This document shows positions 18,285-26,976 of a stretch of 38,467 nt of DNA, in pieces. The stretch is taken from NCBI GenBank assembly GCA_002698665.1, contig NZZP01000003.1:1-38467 (forward strand), in the 5' to 3' direction. How positions within the stretch are numbered: position 1 is the stretch's first letter; the number at the start of each line of letters is the position of its first letter. The notes under the pieces are model-generated. The model saw nothing but the letters and a program-made list of their open reading frames with translations. It did no database searches and was not told the DNA's origin. This DNA is from Gammaproteobacteria bacterium. Its GTDB lineage: Bacteria > Pseudomonadota > Gammaproteobacteria > GCA-002705445 > GCA-002716945. Made by a program: the position numbers and the translations under genes.

Positions 18285-19536
18285 TTTTTATTTTCCCTGA
18301 ACTTTTAACAATATATTTCATATTTGTAAGACCATCTAATCCTACAGGTCCTCTGGCATGGAGCTTATCTGTGCTAATTCCAATTTCAGCACCTAAACCA
18401 TATTCGAAACCATCAGCAAATCTTGTAGATGTATTAACCATTACAGAACTAGAGTTAACAAACTTTAAAAATTTTTCGATTGAATTTTTATCAGATGAGA
18501 TTATTGCATCAGTATGCATAGAGCCGTATTTCTCAATATGGCTAATTGCTTCATCAATACTTTCTACAATTTTGACAGCAACTATAGGTGCTAGGAATTC
18601 TTGATACCAGTCTTCTTCTTTTGCTATCTTAATATTATTGTCATACATTCTTGAATTTTTACATCCTCTTATTTCAACACCAAGTGATACATATTTAGCT
18701 AATATTTTTTTTAGACATGACTTTGAAAAATTTTTGTGAACCAACAATGTCTCCATTGCATTACAAACTCCATAACGCTGTGTTTTAGAATTAATACTTA
18801 CATTATATGCATTAATTTTATCTGCAGACTTATCTATGTAAACATGGCAGTTGCCATCTAAATGTTTAATCATTGGAATAGTAGAACATGACATTACCTT
18901 TTCTATTAGACCTTTCCCTCCTCTGGGTATAATTACATCTATATATTCATTCATCTTTAATAATGAAGTTACTGCGGTCCGATCAGTAATACCAACAAGT
19001 TGAACAGCATGAGAATCGAAAGAACATAAGATGAGGGCATTCTTAATATATTTCATAAGGATTTTATTAGTGTTTATTGACTCAGATCCTCCTCTTAAAA
19101 TGACGCTATTACCAGATTTAATACATAATCCAGCAGCATCTATTGTTACGTTAGGTCTGGACTCATAAATCATACCTATAACGCCTAATGGCACTCTCAT
19201 TTTAGAAACAGTTATTCCTGTTTTTTGTTTTTTTCCATCAGAAATAGTAAATAACGTATCTTTTATTTTTATTATCTTAGATAATCCATCTACCATATTT
19301 TGAATCCTTCCTTTGTCTAATAAAAGCCTATCAATCATGCTATTTTGTATTTTATTTTTTTTTGCATTCCTTACGTCTATCAGATTGGCTTTTATAATTT
19401 CCTCTGAGTTTTCTAAAAGAGATTTTGAGAGGACACTCAATACTTTATTCTTAGATGCAGCTGAATAATTACCTGCCATCTTAGATGCTTTATAAGCTTG
19501 CTTACATAACTTCAAAATATATTTATTTGTATCCAT
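18280..19536 (-). CDS. proA: Gamma-glutamyl phosphate reductase
   Basis: PLGVIGMIYESRPNVT, DVIIPRGG, CNAMETLLVH, STRFADGFEYGLGAEIGIST.KLHARGPVG; likely start is the ATG of MDTNKY after AGGA. Confidence 0.97.
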   Translation of the reverse strand: MDTNKYILKLCKQAYKASKMAGNYSAASKNKVLSVLSKSLLENSEEIIKANLIDVRNAKKNKIQNSMIDRLLLDKGRIQNMVDGLSKIIKIKDTLFTISDGKKQKTGITVSKMRVPLGVIGMIYESRPNVTIDAAGLCIKSGNSVILRGGSESINTNKILMKYIKNALILCSFDSHAVQLVGITDRTAVTSLLKMNEYIDVIIPRGGKGLIEKVMSCSTIPMIKHLDGNCHVYIDKSADKINAYNVSINSKTQRYGVCNAMETLLVHKNFSKSCLKKILAKYVSLGVEIRGCKNSRMYDNNIKIAKEEDWYQEFLAPIVAVKIVESIDEAISHIEKYGSMHTDAIISSDKNSIEKFLKFVNSSSVMVNTSTRFADGFEYGLGAEIGISTDKLHARGPVGLDGLTNMKYIVKSSGKIKN

Positions 19537-20533
19537 TAATATTCCTATCATTTATGAATGAATATGGTGATTTATTAAGTATAAAAGAAGAGATTAACAA
19601 TTCAAGTTTATGCCAAACATCAGTATGTGAATAACTAGTTTTAATAGACAAATCTATTTCATGGCAGTACTCCATCAATCTCTTTAATAAAGGCTTATCC
19701 AAACTATCGTAAATCTGATAATAGAGATTTTTTCTGAAACTAGGTATATATGGCATAGGTGATACTTCATGATGCAGGCTATATATTTTTTTTAATTCTA
19801 AATTTATTAAGAACAAAATATATACCTCGGGTATTTTAATTGTATGAAGATATTTGAGTATCTTTATGGTTTTAGCAAGATTTTTCTCAAGTAAACAATT
19901 TACGAGATCATATTCATTATACTTATACTCTTTCTGAAGAAGATTAAAATAATCATCAAGATCTTGAACTTCTAGTAAAGACATCTTATATAGTTCTTGA
20001 GATATCGCAGATGTATTGCCTTCATTTTTTTCCATCAATTTTTGAAATTGATTTTCAGAAAAATTAATTTTATTTTTTTGAAATTTTGCCTTCACCCAGT
20101 TTTTTAAATCTAAGCCCTTAAGTTCTGTTACTTCAATAATGTGGCCCGTATTATCAATAATTTTAAACAGGTTAGTTTTCTTGAAAGCTGAAGTTTGTGG
20201 CCCAAGCTTCAAAATAATCTTCAAGTCATCAGGTAAAACAACTGTCTGCAAGAAATCTGTAAGACACTTAGGTATTGAATTAGAAACCACTGCTAATATT
20301 AGAATTTTTTTTTCATTAAATAAAGATAAACTATTAAAATCATCAGATATTATTGAAATATCAAAATCTGAATCTACCACAACTCGTTTAACGAGAGTTT
20401 CATCATGTCTTAACATTCTTTCTAATCTAGATTGAACCTCATTTAACAGATGATATGGATTCCCAAATACGAGATAAATGGGTGAAACCGGTATATTGTT
20501 GTTAACAATGAATTGTTTATAAGTTATTTTCAT
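19523..20533 (-). CDS. holA: DNA polymerase III delta subunit, divergent
   Basis: PIYLVFG.P..L, SLSLF.EKK, EGN..A..QEL.K; length and position upstream of proA-nadD. Confidence 0.85.
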   Translation of the reverse strand: MKITYKQFIVNNNIPVSPIYLVFGNPYHLLNEVQSRLERMLRHDETLVKRVVVDSDFDISIISDDFNSLSLFNEKKILILAVVSNSIPKCLTDFLQTVVLPDDLKIILKLGPQTSAFKKTNLFKIIDNTGHIIEVTELKGLDLKNWVKAKFQKNKINFSENQFQKLMEKNEGNTSAISQELYKMSLLEVQDLDDYFNLLQKEYKYNEYDLVNCLLEKNLAKTIKILKYLHTIKIPEVYILFLINLELKKIYSLHHEVSPMPYIPSFRKNLYYQIYDSLDKPLLKRLMEYCHEIDLSIKTSYSHTDVWHKLELLISSFILNKSPYSFINDRNINGYK

Positions 20534-20566
20534 ATGATAAATGTCTTAGATTCTATACAATATATC

Positions 20567-21457
20567 ATGGATATCAAAAAAGCTCATAAAGAAATTGGAT
20601 TTATCGGTCTTGGTATTATGGGAAAACCCATGGCTGATAATCTAGTAAAGGCTGGCTTTAATGTTAGTTTTTATGCAAGGCGTAAATTAATAATTGAAGA
20701 TATGATCGCAAAAGGAAGTAAATTTCTACCTAGCGTTTCTGATGTTTCTAAATCATGTAAAATAATTTTTTTAAATTTACCTGAAAGTAAAGATGTTAAG
20801 AATGTTGTGCTTGGAAGAAATGGTTTATATAAAGGGCTTCAGAAAAATACGATTATAATTGATATGAGCACAATATGTCCAAACGTAACTCAAGAGTTAT
20901 CTAATACCCTACTGAAAAAAAATTGTTACTTGATAGATGCACCAGTTTCAGGTGGTGAGATAGGTGCAATAAAAGGTACTTTGTCCATAATGGTAGGAGG
21001 TGACAGACAAAAGTTTCTAAAAATTAAAAGCTTACTAAATACTTTAGGAAAAGATATTACTTACATAGGTAAGTCAGGGTCTGGACAAATAGCTAAAGCA
21101 TGTAATCAAATTTTAGTTGCAGGGACCATGTCGGCTGTTAGTGAAATACTAATATTAGCTGACAAATTAAAATGTGATAAAACTCTTATTAAGAAGGCTT
21201 TAATGGGGGGTTTTGCTAAGAGTAAAATATTAGAAGTACATGGCGAAAGAATGATTAAAAATAATTACAAGCCAGGATTCACCTCTAAACTACACCTTAA
21301 AGATATGATTATAGCTCGTAATTTAGCTCGAAAAGTTGGATTAAAACTAATGGGTGCAAATAGATCGCTTCAGCTTTTAAAACAAGTTAAGAAATCAAAA
21401 CTATCAAATAAAGATTCTTCGATTATACATAAAATGATTATAAAGAAATCAAAATAA
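20567..21457 (+). CDS. NAD(P)-dependent beta-hydroxyacid dehydrogenase (2-hydroxy-3-oxopropionate reductase-like)
   Basis: IGFIGLGIMGKPMA, IDMST, DAPVSGG, KACNQ, PGF...LHLKD; start placed at ATG 20567 to avoid overlap with holA. Confidence 0.9.
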   Translation: MDIKKAHKEIGFIGLGIMGKPMADNLVKAGFNVSFYARRKLIIEDMIAKGSKFLPSVSDVSKSCKIIFLNLPESKDVKNVVLGRNGLYKGLQKNTIIIDMSTICPNVTQELSNTLLKKNCYLIDAPVSGGEIGAIKGTLSIMVGGDRQKFLKIKSLLNTLGKDITYIGKSGSGQIAKACNQILVAGTMSAVSEILILADKLKCDKTLIKKALMGGFAKSKILEVHGERMIKNNYKPGFTSKLHLKDMIIARNLARKVGLKLMGANRSLQLLKQVKKSKLSNKDSSIIHKMIIKKSK

Positions 21458-21496
21458 AGTATTTAAAATATAATCACTATTTTATATAATATCACT

Positions 21497-21898
21497 ATGT
21501 TAGGAAAAAATTTTGAAAATCTACTAAAAAGCAATGGTATCACGCCTACAAAGCAAAGGTTGGAAATAGCTGATTTAATATTTGTTAAGAATCAACATTT
21601 CAACGCAAGTGATTTGATAGATAAAGTCAAAAATGCTGGACTGCCAATATCACAAGCTACAATATACAATACCTTGTGTTTGTTTGAACAAAAAGGTTTG
21701 CTCAAAACTATTAATCTAAATAATGATCACAAATTTTTTGATACAAATTTAGAGCCACATCATCACATGTATAATACTAGCAACAACACACTTACTGATA
21801 TAAGTAATGAAAAAATAAGTTTTTCTAAACTACCTGATATTCCAAAGAACCTTTCAGTTGAACAAACTGAAGTATTAATCAAAGTCAAAAATAAGTAA
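21497..21898 (+). CDS. Fur-family regulator, Irr/PerR-like
   Basis: T.QR, QHF, S.ATIYNTL, FFDTN..PHHH, LTDI, LPDIP tail; no CxxC zinc motifs. Confidence 0.9.
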   Translation: MLGKNFENLLKSNGITPTKQRLEIADLIFVKNQHFNASDLIDKVKNAGLPISQATIYNTLCLFEQKGLLKTINLNNDHKFFDTNLEPHHHMYNTSNNTLTDISNEKISFSKLPDIPKNLSVEQTEVLIKVKNK

Positions 21899-21900
21899 TA

Positions 21901-22482
21901 TTAGCTGAAATCATCAGACAACGTCTCAATTACTTTTAGAGACAACTCAGTATGCTTATCATACTGACTATGATCAGTGCCTATTGAGACATTATTTGAA
22001 TCTTTGAATTTACTTACACTAATATCGTCAAGTTCAAATCGAAGAAAATGAACCGCAGAAGTTTTTTCGTCTCTGCTCCTTTCAAGATCCTCATCTGCTA
22101 TAGCAAATATCCGTTTACCATTGTCAATTGATAACCATATATTATTTTCTATATCATGTAGTTTGTTTAGCATAGTTTTACGCTCCGCTACATTTGGGTA
22201 CATAATAAGCATCGTAGCTTTTAAGTTACTGCCATCAGGAATTAATGCACTGTATGCTGATATTTCCTCATCTATTTCTTTGTCATTAAAAATCTTCTCT
22301 ATTCGCAACATTTCCTGAATTTGATACTTAATTGTCTTAAAATCTTCAAATAATAATAATATGTTTTCTCCTATTTTTACTGATCTATGTTCCTTGTGTT
22401 TAATAATTTGTAATTTAATATCATCTCTTTTTTTATCATATTCTTCTAGAGAGAGTAGTTCATCTTTTATTAACTTATTCAT
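21901..22482 (-). CDS. DUF3501 family protein
   Basis: LFE..TI.YQIQEMLRIEKIF, Y..LIPDG.NLKAT, EKTSAVHFLRFEL; third gene of the rubrerythrin cluster; SD GGAGG. Confidence 0.9.
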   Translation of the reverse strand: MNKLIKDELLSLEEYDKKRDDIKLQIIKHKEHRSVKIGENILLLFEDFKTIKYQIQEMLRIEKIFNDKEIDEEISAYSALIPDGSNLKATMLIMYPNVAERKTMLNKLHDIENNIWLSIDNGKRIFAIADEDLERSRDEKTSAVHFLRFELDDISVSKFKDSNNVSIGTDHSQYDKHTELSLKVIETLSDDFS

Positions 22483-22494
22483 ATATATACCTCC

Positions 22495-23796
22495 TTATAG
22501 CCCATATGCACGTTTAATAAGTGAAATTGGGTGAGTTGCGTTTATTTTTTTGCCAATTGCATTCACTACATGATGAGCCGCTAATGTGCAGTCACTTGTA
22601 ACAAAATCAGACTCTGTTTTCTCAAATTCTCGTACGATAGGCTTTGCAATTTTTATAGCTATCTCATGAGTTTCTTGCTTTACACCATATGTACCGTCAT
22701 GACCGGAGCATCGCTCAATAGAATTAATGGTAGTATTAGGTATCAGCTCAAGTATTTTCTTTGTCAGGGGCCCCATATTCTGGACTCTCTGATGGCATGC
22801 TACTTGGTAAAAAACACTCCCTAAATGATTTTTAAAATCAGTATCCAATAACCCTTTGTTGTGCAATAAAGCAAGATATTCAAATGGATCAAAAATAGAT
22901 TTAGAAATTAGAGATACATCTTTATTTTCTGGAAATAGTAGTGGCAATTCTTGTTTAAACATAAGTATACATGAGGGAACAGGTGCTATGATTTTGTACC
23001 CATCATTTACATATTTCTTAAATATATTGATATTAGACTGCATCATTTTTTCAACTTGAAGCAGATCCCCTAATTCTAATTTAGGCATGCCACAACAATT
23101 ATCTTCTTGTATGACTTTTACGTGAACCTGGTTATGTTCTAAAACAGAAACCAAATCATCTACAACATTTGGCTCATTGTAATTATGGTAACAAGTTGTA
23201 TAAATAGCTACTTTTTGATTAGTTTCAAATGTACTATTCATATTTAAATACTTTGATTTAGCTGTCACACTGGCAAATTTTGGCAATGAAGCATTTCGAT
23301 GGATATGAAGTACTTTCTCAAGAATTAATCTAAAAATCTTTGTATTATTAAAAAAGTTCACAATAGGTGCGATAATTTTCTTAGACGCAAATCTTCCTAA
23401 GTAATCTGTAGATGAAATGATTTTATTTCTAATTGATGCACCTTTTTTATGGTGATTGATAGCTTTAGCACGTAGCATTAAGTGTGGAAAATCTATTTCC
23501 CATTCATGTGGAGGAATGTATGGGCATTTGGTTAGGAAACATAAATCGCATAAGTAGCAATGATCCACTACATCTTGAAATTGCTCATACCGCACACCAT
23601 CAACTTCAAATGTATCTGATTCATCAATCAAATCAAACAGAGTTGGAAATGAGTTACACAAACTGACACATCTTCTACATCCATGGCAGGCGTCAGCAAC
23701 TCTTCTCAATTCTTTCTCAAAAAGCTCTTCGTTAAGATAATCTTTATTCTTCCAATCGACGGCATATCGCGTCGGAGCTTGAAGGCCACCTTCCAT
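22495..23796 (-). CDS. Rubrerythrin-associated Fe-S oxidoreductase (GlpC/HdrD-like)
   Basis: CHGCRRCVSLC and CYLCDLCFLTKCP ferredoxin-type motifs, CCGMP and CSGHDG CCG-type domains; SD GGAGA. Confidence 0.9.
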   Translation of the reverse strand: MEGGLQAPTRYAVDWKNKDYLNEELFEKELRRVADACHGCRRCVSLCNSFPTLFDLIDESDTFEVDGVRYEQFQDVVDHCYLCDLCFLTKCPYIPPHEWEIDFPHLMLRAKAINHHKKGASIRNKIISSTDYLGRFASKKIIAPIVNFFNNTKIFRLILEKVLHIHRNASLPKFASVTAKSKYLNMNSTFETNQKVAIYTTCYHNYNEPNVVDDLVSVLEHNQVHVKVIQEDNCCGMPKLELGDLLQVEKMMQSNINIFKKYVNDGYKIIAPVPSCILMFKQELPLLFPENKDVSLISKSIFDPFEYLALLHNKGLLDTDFKNHLGSVFYQVACHQRVQNMGPLTKKILELIPNTTINSIERCSGHDGTYGVKQETHEIAIKIAKPIVREFEKTESDFVTSDCTLAAHHVVNAIGKKINATHPISLIKRAYGL

Positions 23797-23810
23797 AATG
23801 TTTCTCCGGT

Positions 23811-23844
23811 TAAAAATAAACCTCTTATTTAGAAATAAGAGGTT
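23811..23844 (-). terminator. Intrinsic terminator-like hairpin between rubrerythrin and the Fe-S oxidoreductase
   Basis: Perfect inverted repeat aacctcttattt-ag-aaataagaggtt (23819-23844) followed on the minus strand by tattttta. Confidence 0.7.
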
Positions 23845-23855
23845 ATAATTTTAGA

Positions 23856-24275
23856 TTAGGAAATAGCTTCCAGTGCTTTTGTGAATCTATTTGCATGAGA
23901 CCTTTCTGCTTTGGCAAGTGTTTCAAACCAATCCGCAATCTCATCAAAACCTTCATCGCGAGCTGTTTTAGCCATGCCAGGATACATATCAGTGTATTCA
24001 TGGGTCTCACCAGCTATCGCAGCTTTAAGATTCATCTCGCTATTACCTATAGGTTCTCCAGTCGCAGGGTCACCGCATTCTTTTTCTAGGTATTCTAAGT
24101 GGCCATGGGCATGACCAGTTTCACCTTCAGCAGTTGATCTAAAAACAGTTGCAACATCGTTTTGTCCTTCAACATCTGCTTTAGCAGCAAAATATAGGTA
24201 TCTTCTGTTGGCTTGTGACTCTCCTGCAAAAGCATCTTTTAGATTTTTTTCAGTTTCTGAACCTTTTAAACTCAT
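23856..24275 (-). CDS. rbr: Short rubrerythrin (di-iron domain only, no rubredoxin domain)
   Basis: [37 protein letters not shown]; 139 aa, no CxxC; strong SD AAGGAG. Confidence 0.95.
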   Translation of the reverse strand: MSLKGSETEKNLKDAFAGESQANRRYLYFAAKADVEGQNDVATVFRSTAEGETGHAHGHLEYLEKECGDPATGEPIGNSEMNLKAAIAGETHEYTDMYPGMAKTARDEGFDEIADWFETLAKAERSHANRFTKALEAIS

Positions 24276-24331
24276 TTTCTTTCTCCTTATGTGTTCATAA
24301 ACAAATTATATAATCATTGAATGTATGACTA

Positions 24332-24348
24332 TTTAGAATCATTCTAAT
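24332..24348. promoter_or_regulatory. ICE/Per-box-like operator TTTAGAATCATTCTAAT
   Basis: Perfect 7-1-7 palindrome TTAGAAT-C-ATTCTAA; one mismatch from the Irr ICE consensus TTTAGAA-N3-TTCTAAA; overlaps the rbr -10 box. Confidence 0.78.
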
Positions 24349-24369
24349 TTCATATATAATGTTTGTCAA
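24341..24369 (-). promoter_or_regulatory. Sigma70 promoter for rbr
   Basis: Minus strand TTGACA (24369-24364), 17-nt spacer, TAGAAT (24346-24341). Confidence 0.8.
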
Positions 24370-24395
24370 TACTAATGTGTTAAACTTATAAATAT

Positions 24396-24414
24396 AACAA
24401 TGATTATCATTCTT
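24396..24414. promoter_or_regulatory. Fur box-like site
   Basis: aacAATGATTATCATTctt; 15/19 match to the reverse complement of GATAATGATAATCATTATC, central 13 nt exact. Confidence 0.6.
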
Positions 24415-24424
24415 AATAGCAGCT

Positions 24425-25453
24425 ATGAACTTATCTAAAAATGTATTTGAAATATACAAAAAGATAATATTTTTATTACCACCTGAAACAGCTCATGTAA
24501 TTAGCTTAAATTTAGCTGAAATAGTATTTAAACTATGGCGCAAAAATCAAAGAAAAGAAAATGAGGTCATGCGATCAAAAAAATTTATGGGTATTGAATT
24601 TCCAAATCAATTGGGTTTAGCAGCTGGGTTTGATAAAAACGGAGATTATATAAATTTCATCAGCAACATAGGTCTCGGTTTTATTGAAATAGGCACAGTG
24701 ACGCCTAAACCACAATATGGAAATCCTAAGCCTAGGATTTTTAGATTAATTCAAGATGAAGCAATAATAAATAGTTTAGGTTTTAATAATAAAGGGGTTA
24801 AATATCTTAAAAAAAAATTATCTAAAGTAGAACGAAATCAACCCATCGGTATTAATATAGGAAAAAATAGTACTACGCCTATAATTGATGCTCATAATGA
24901 CTATAAATATTGTATGGATGAAATTTATCATTTAGCTGATTACATCACACTAAATATATCATCACCTAACACTAAGGATCTAAGACAATTACAAGCTGAA
25001 TCATATTTTGATAATTTTTTATATAATATTAAAAACCATCATCAGAAACTCGTCAGTAAATTTAAAAAAAATATTCCATTAATTGTTAAAATATCTCCGG
25101 ATATAGAGGATAATGACTTACAATCTTTATGCAAATTATTGATACGATATGAAGTTGAAGGAATCATTGCAACAAACACGACAATTTCAAAACCTAAAAA
25201 TCTTATCAGCAAGGCTAAACTTCAAAGTGGAGGACTTAGCGGAAAACCCCTACTTGAAAAATCTAATAATCTCATTAAAAAAGTAAAAAATTTAGTTGAT
25301 GATAATATTACTATAATCGGAGCAGGTGGAGTTACCTCTTCAATATCAGCAAATACTAAATTAGAATCTGGCGCAGATTTACTCCAGTTGTATACCGGGT
25401 TAGTTTTTCATGGGACAGACTTAATAAAGGAAATAACTAGAAGTTTTAGATAA
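24425..25453 (+). CDS. pyrD: Quinone-dependent dihydroorotate dehydrogenase (class 2)
   Basis: GLAAGFDKN, GTVTPKPQYGNPKPR, NISSPNT, VKISPD, TNTT, GGLSGKPL, QLYTG. Confidence 0.97.
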   Translation: MNLSKNVFEIYKKIIFLLPPETAHVISLNLAEIVFKLWRKNQRKENEVMRSKKFMGIEFPNQLGLAAGFDKNGDYINFISNIGLGFIEIGTVTPKPQYGNPKPRIFRLIQDEAIINSLGFNNKGVKYLKKKLSKVERNQPIGINIGKNSTTPIIDAHNDYKYCMDEIYHLADYITLNISSPNTKDLRQLQAESYFDNFLYNIKNHHQKLVSKFKKNIPLIVKISPDIEDNDLQSLCKLLIRYEVEGIIATNTTISKPKNLISKAKLQSGGLSGKPLLEKSNNLIKKVKNLVDDNITIIGAGGVTSSISANTKLESGADLLQLYTGLVFHGTDLIKEITRSFR

Positions 25454-25744
25454 TTACTTTGGTTCCCATTTACCAAAAGCCTCTTGGCTTTCAGCCGTAT
25501 TCTTATTTGATGTATCGTTCACAGCTTTAGTTTGCTGATCATATACATATCTAATAAAGTCAATCAATTGATCAAGGATTTCTTTTTGTGCATCTTTAGG
25601 TATTCCAGAAGTAGCAACAATTGACCCTACCACGGCAGATAGATATTGAGCGGCTAATACCGGATCTTCATTAGCCTTATCATAATCTACAAGTACTTTT
25701 TGTAGGCCCTTTATTAATTCTGGTTTTAAAACAATTTCTGCCAT
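25454..25744 (-). CDS. Small helical hypothetical protein
   Basis: 96 aa ORF filling the gap exactly; protein-like composition; QYLSAVVG and EAFGKWEP motifs. Confidence 0.75.
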   Translation of the reverse strand: MAEIVLKPELIKGLQKVLVDYDKANEDPVLAAQYLSAVVGSIVATSGIPKDAQKEILDQLIDFIRYVYDQQTKAVNDTSNKNTAESQEAFGKWEPK

Positions 25745-25795
25745 AATGTATAATAATCTTAATTATTCGACTAAGTTATTATATAATTATCTATT

Positions 25796-26494
25796 ATGCA
25801 ACAAATAAAAGATACATATAAAATTAAATCTTTTGATGTAGGTCCTATGCAGAATCTTATCTATTTAATAATAGACACTGAAACAAAGTATTCTGCTATA
25901 GTCGATCCTGCCTGGAATCTGACAGAAGTAACAAAATATATTAATGAACATGGACTAATCCTGAAAAAGATTTTACTTACACATAGCCATAATGATCATG
26001 TAAATGCTATAGATGAAATTTTGAAAAGCATAGATGTCCAAATTCATATAAATCAGAAAGAATCACAATTTTGGGGGAAAAAATATGATGTATTCTCCTT
26101 AAATTATGGAGGTGATATTATTTCACTAGGTAATACAGAAATTAAATCTTTGCATACCCCTGGGCATACACCAGGGTCAACTTGTTACTATGTGGGCAAC
26201 AAACTCATAGCTGGGGACACTTTGTTTGTTTTCGGGTGTGGCAGATGTGATCTTCATGGTGGGAATCCTGAGGAAATGTATCATACTCTAAAAGATATTA
26301 AGAATAATCTCAATAACGATACTATAATACTTCCAGGACATGATTATTCAGTAAAAAAGACATGTACCATGCATGAGCAGATTACTGGCAATCCTTTTAT
26401 GCATTTTGAAAATAAAAAAGATTTTATAAATTATAGAATGGTTACACATGATAGAATTCGTCAATCACCCTATGATGCAATTATTAAACCTTAG
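25796..26494 (+). CDS. MBL-fold metallo-hydrolase (glyoxalase II-like)
   Basis: THSHNDH, HTPGHTPG, GDTLF..GCGRCD, PGHDY. Confidence 0.92.
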   Translation: MQQIKDTYKIKSFDVGPMQNLIYLIIDTETKYSAIVDPAWNLTEVTKYINEHGLILKKILLTHSHNDHVNAIDEILKSIDVQIHINQKESQFWGKKYDVFSLNYGGDIISLGNTEIKSLHTPGHTPGSTCYYVGNKLIAGDTLFVFGCGRCDLHGGNPEEMYHTLKDIKNNLNNDTIILPGHDYSVKKTCTMHEQITGNPFMHFENKKDFINYRMVTHDRIRQSPYDAIIKP

Positions 26495-26976
26495 TCACTC
26501 ATTCTACCAAACGCTTTTAATTTATTGAAAATCATAGATGCTGCAGCTGAGACCATTTCATTTTTGATTGAATCTTCTCGGTCTGAATTTCCCATGACAT
26601 TGTTCTCACTGAACGAATAATCCCTATATAAAGTAATGCGATCTGATGAAGATTTTTTGTTTGGAGGATTTAATTCATACCTTACATCATAAATTAATTC
26701 ATATTCATTAACCCTTCCGGTAGTGCTAATAGTAAGTTGCCTTCTGTTGAAAGATTCATTTAAAATAACGATTCTAAATAATGACATATCATTATTTTGG
26801 GTAATTTTAATATTTGAATTTTCTAAGCTACGACTGAGCGTATTAACAATATTACTATAATTATCCGAGACAATAGATACCTCTTTTATTGATGAGGGAA
26901 TATCTATAGTTCCTCTCATGGTATAGCCACATGAGGACAACAAAATTAATAATATTAAAAGTAAACTATTTTTCAT
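26491..26976 (-). CDS. lptE: LPS assembly lipoprotein LptE
   Basis: Lipobox LSSC-GY..RG, EYEL.Y, RDYSF; follows leuS; start at the ATG of MKNSLL. Confidence 0.9.
   Translation of the reverse strand: MKNSLLLILLILLSSCGYTMRGTIDIPSSIKEVSIVSDNYSNIVNTLSRSLENSNIKITQNNDMSLFRIVILNESFNRRQLTISTTGRVNEYELIYDVRYELNPPNKKSSSDRITLYRDYSFSENNVMGNSDREDSIKNEMVSAAASMIFNKLKAFGRMSD

Noticed and set aside
20513-20566. Track's longer N-terminus for the dehydrogenase
   Set aside because: Overlaps the holA start head-to-head; ATG 20567 sits just before the Rossmann motif.
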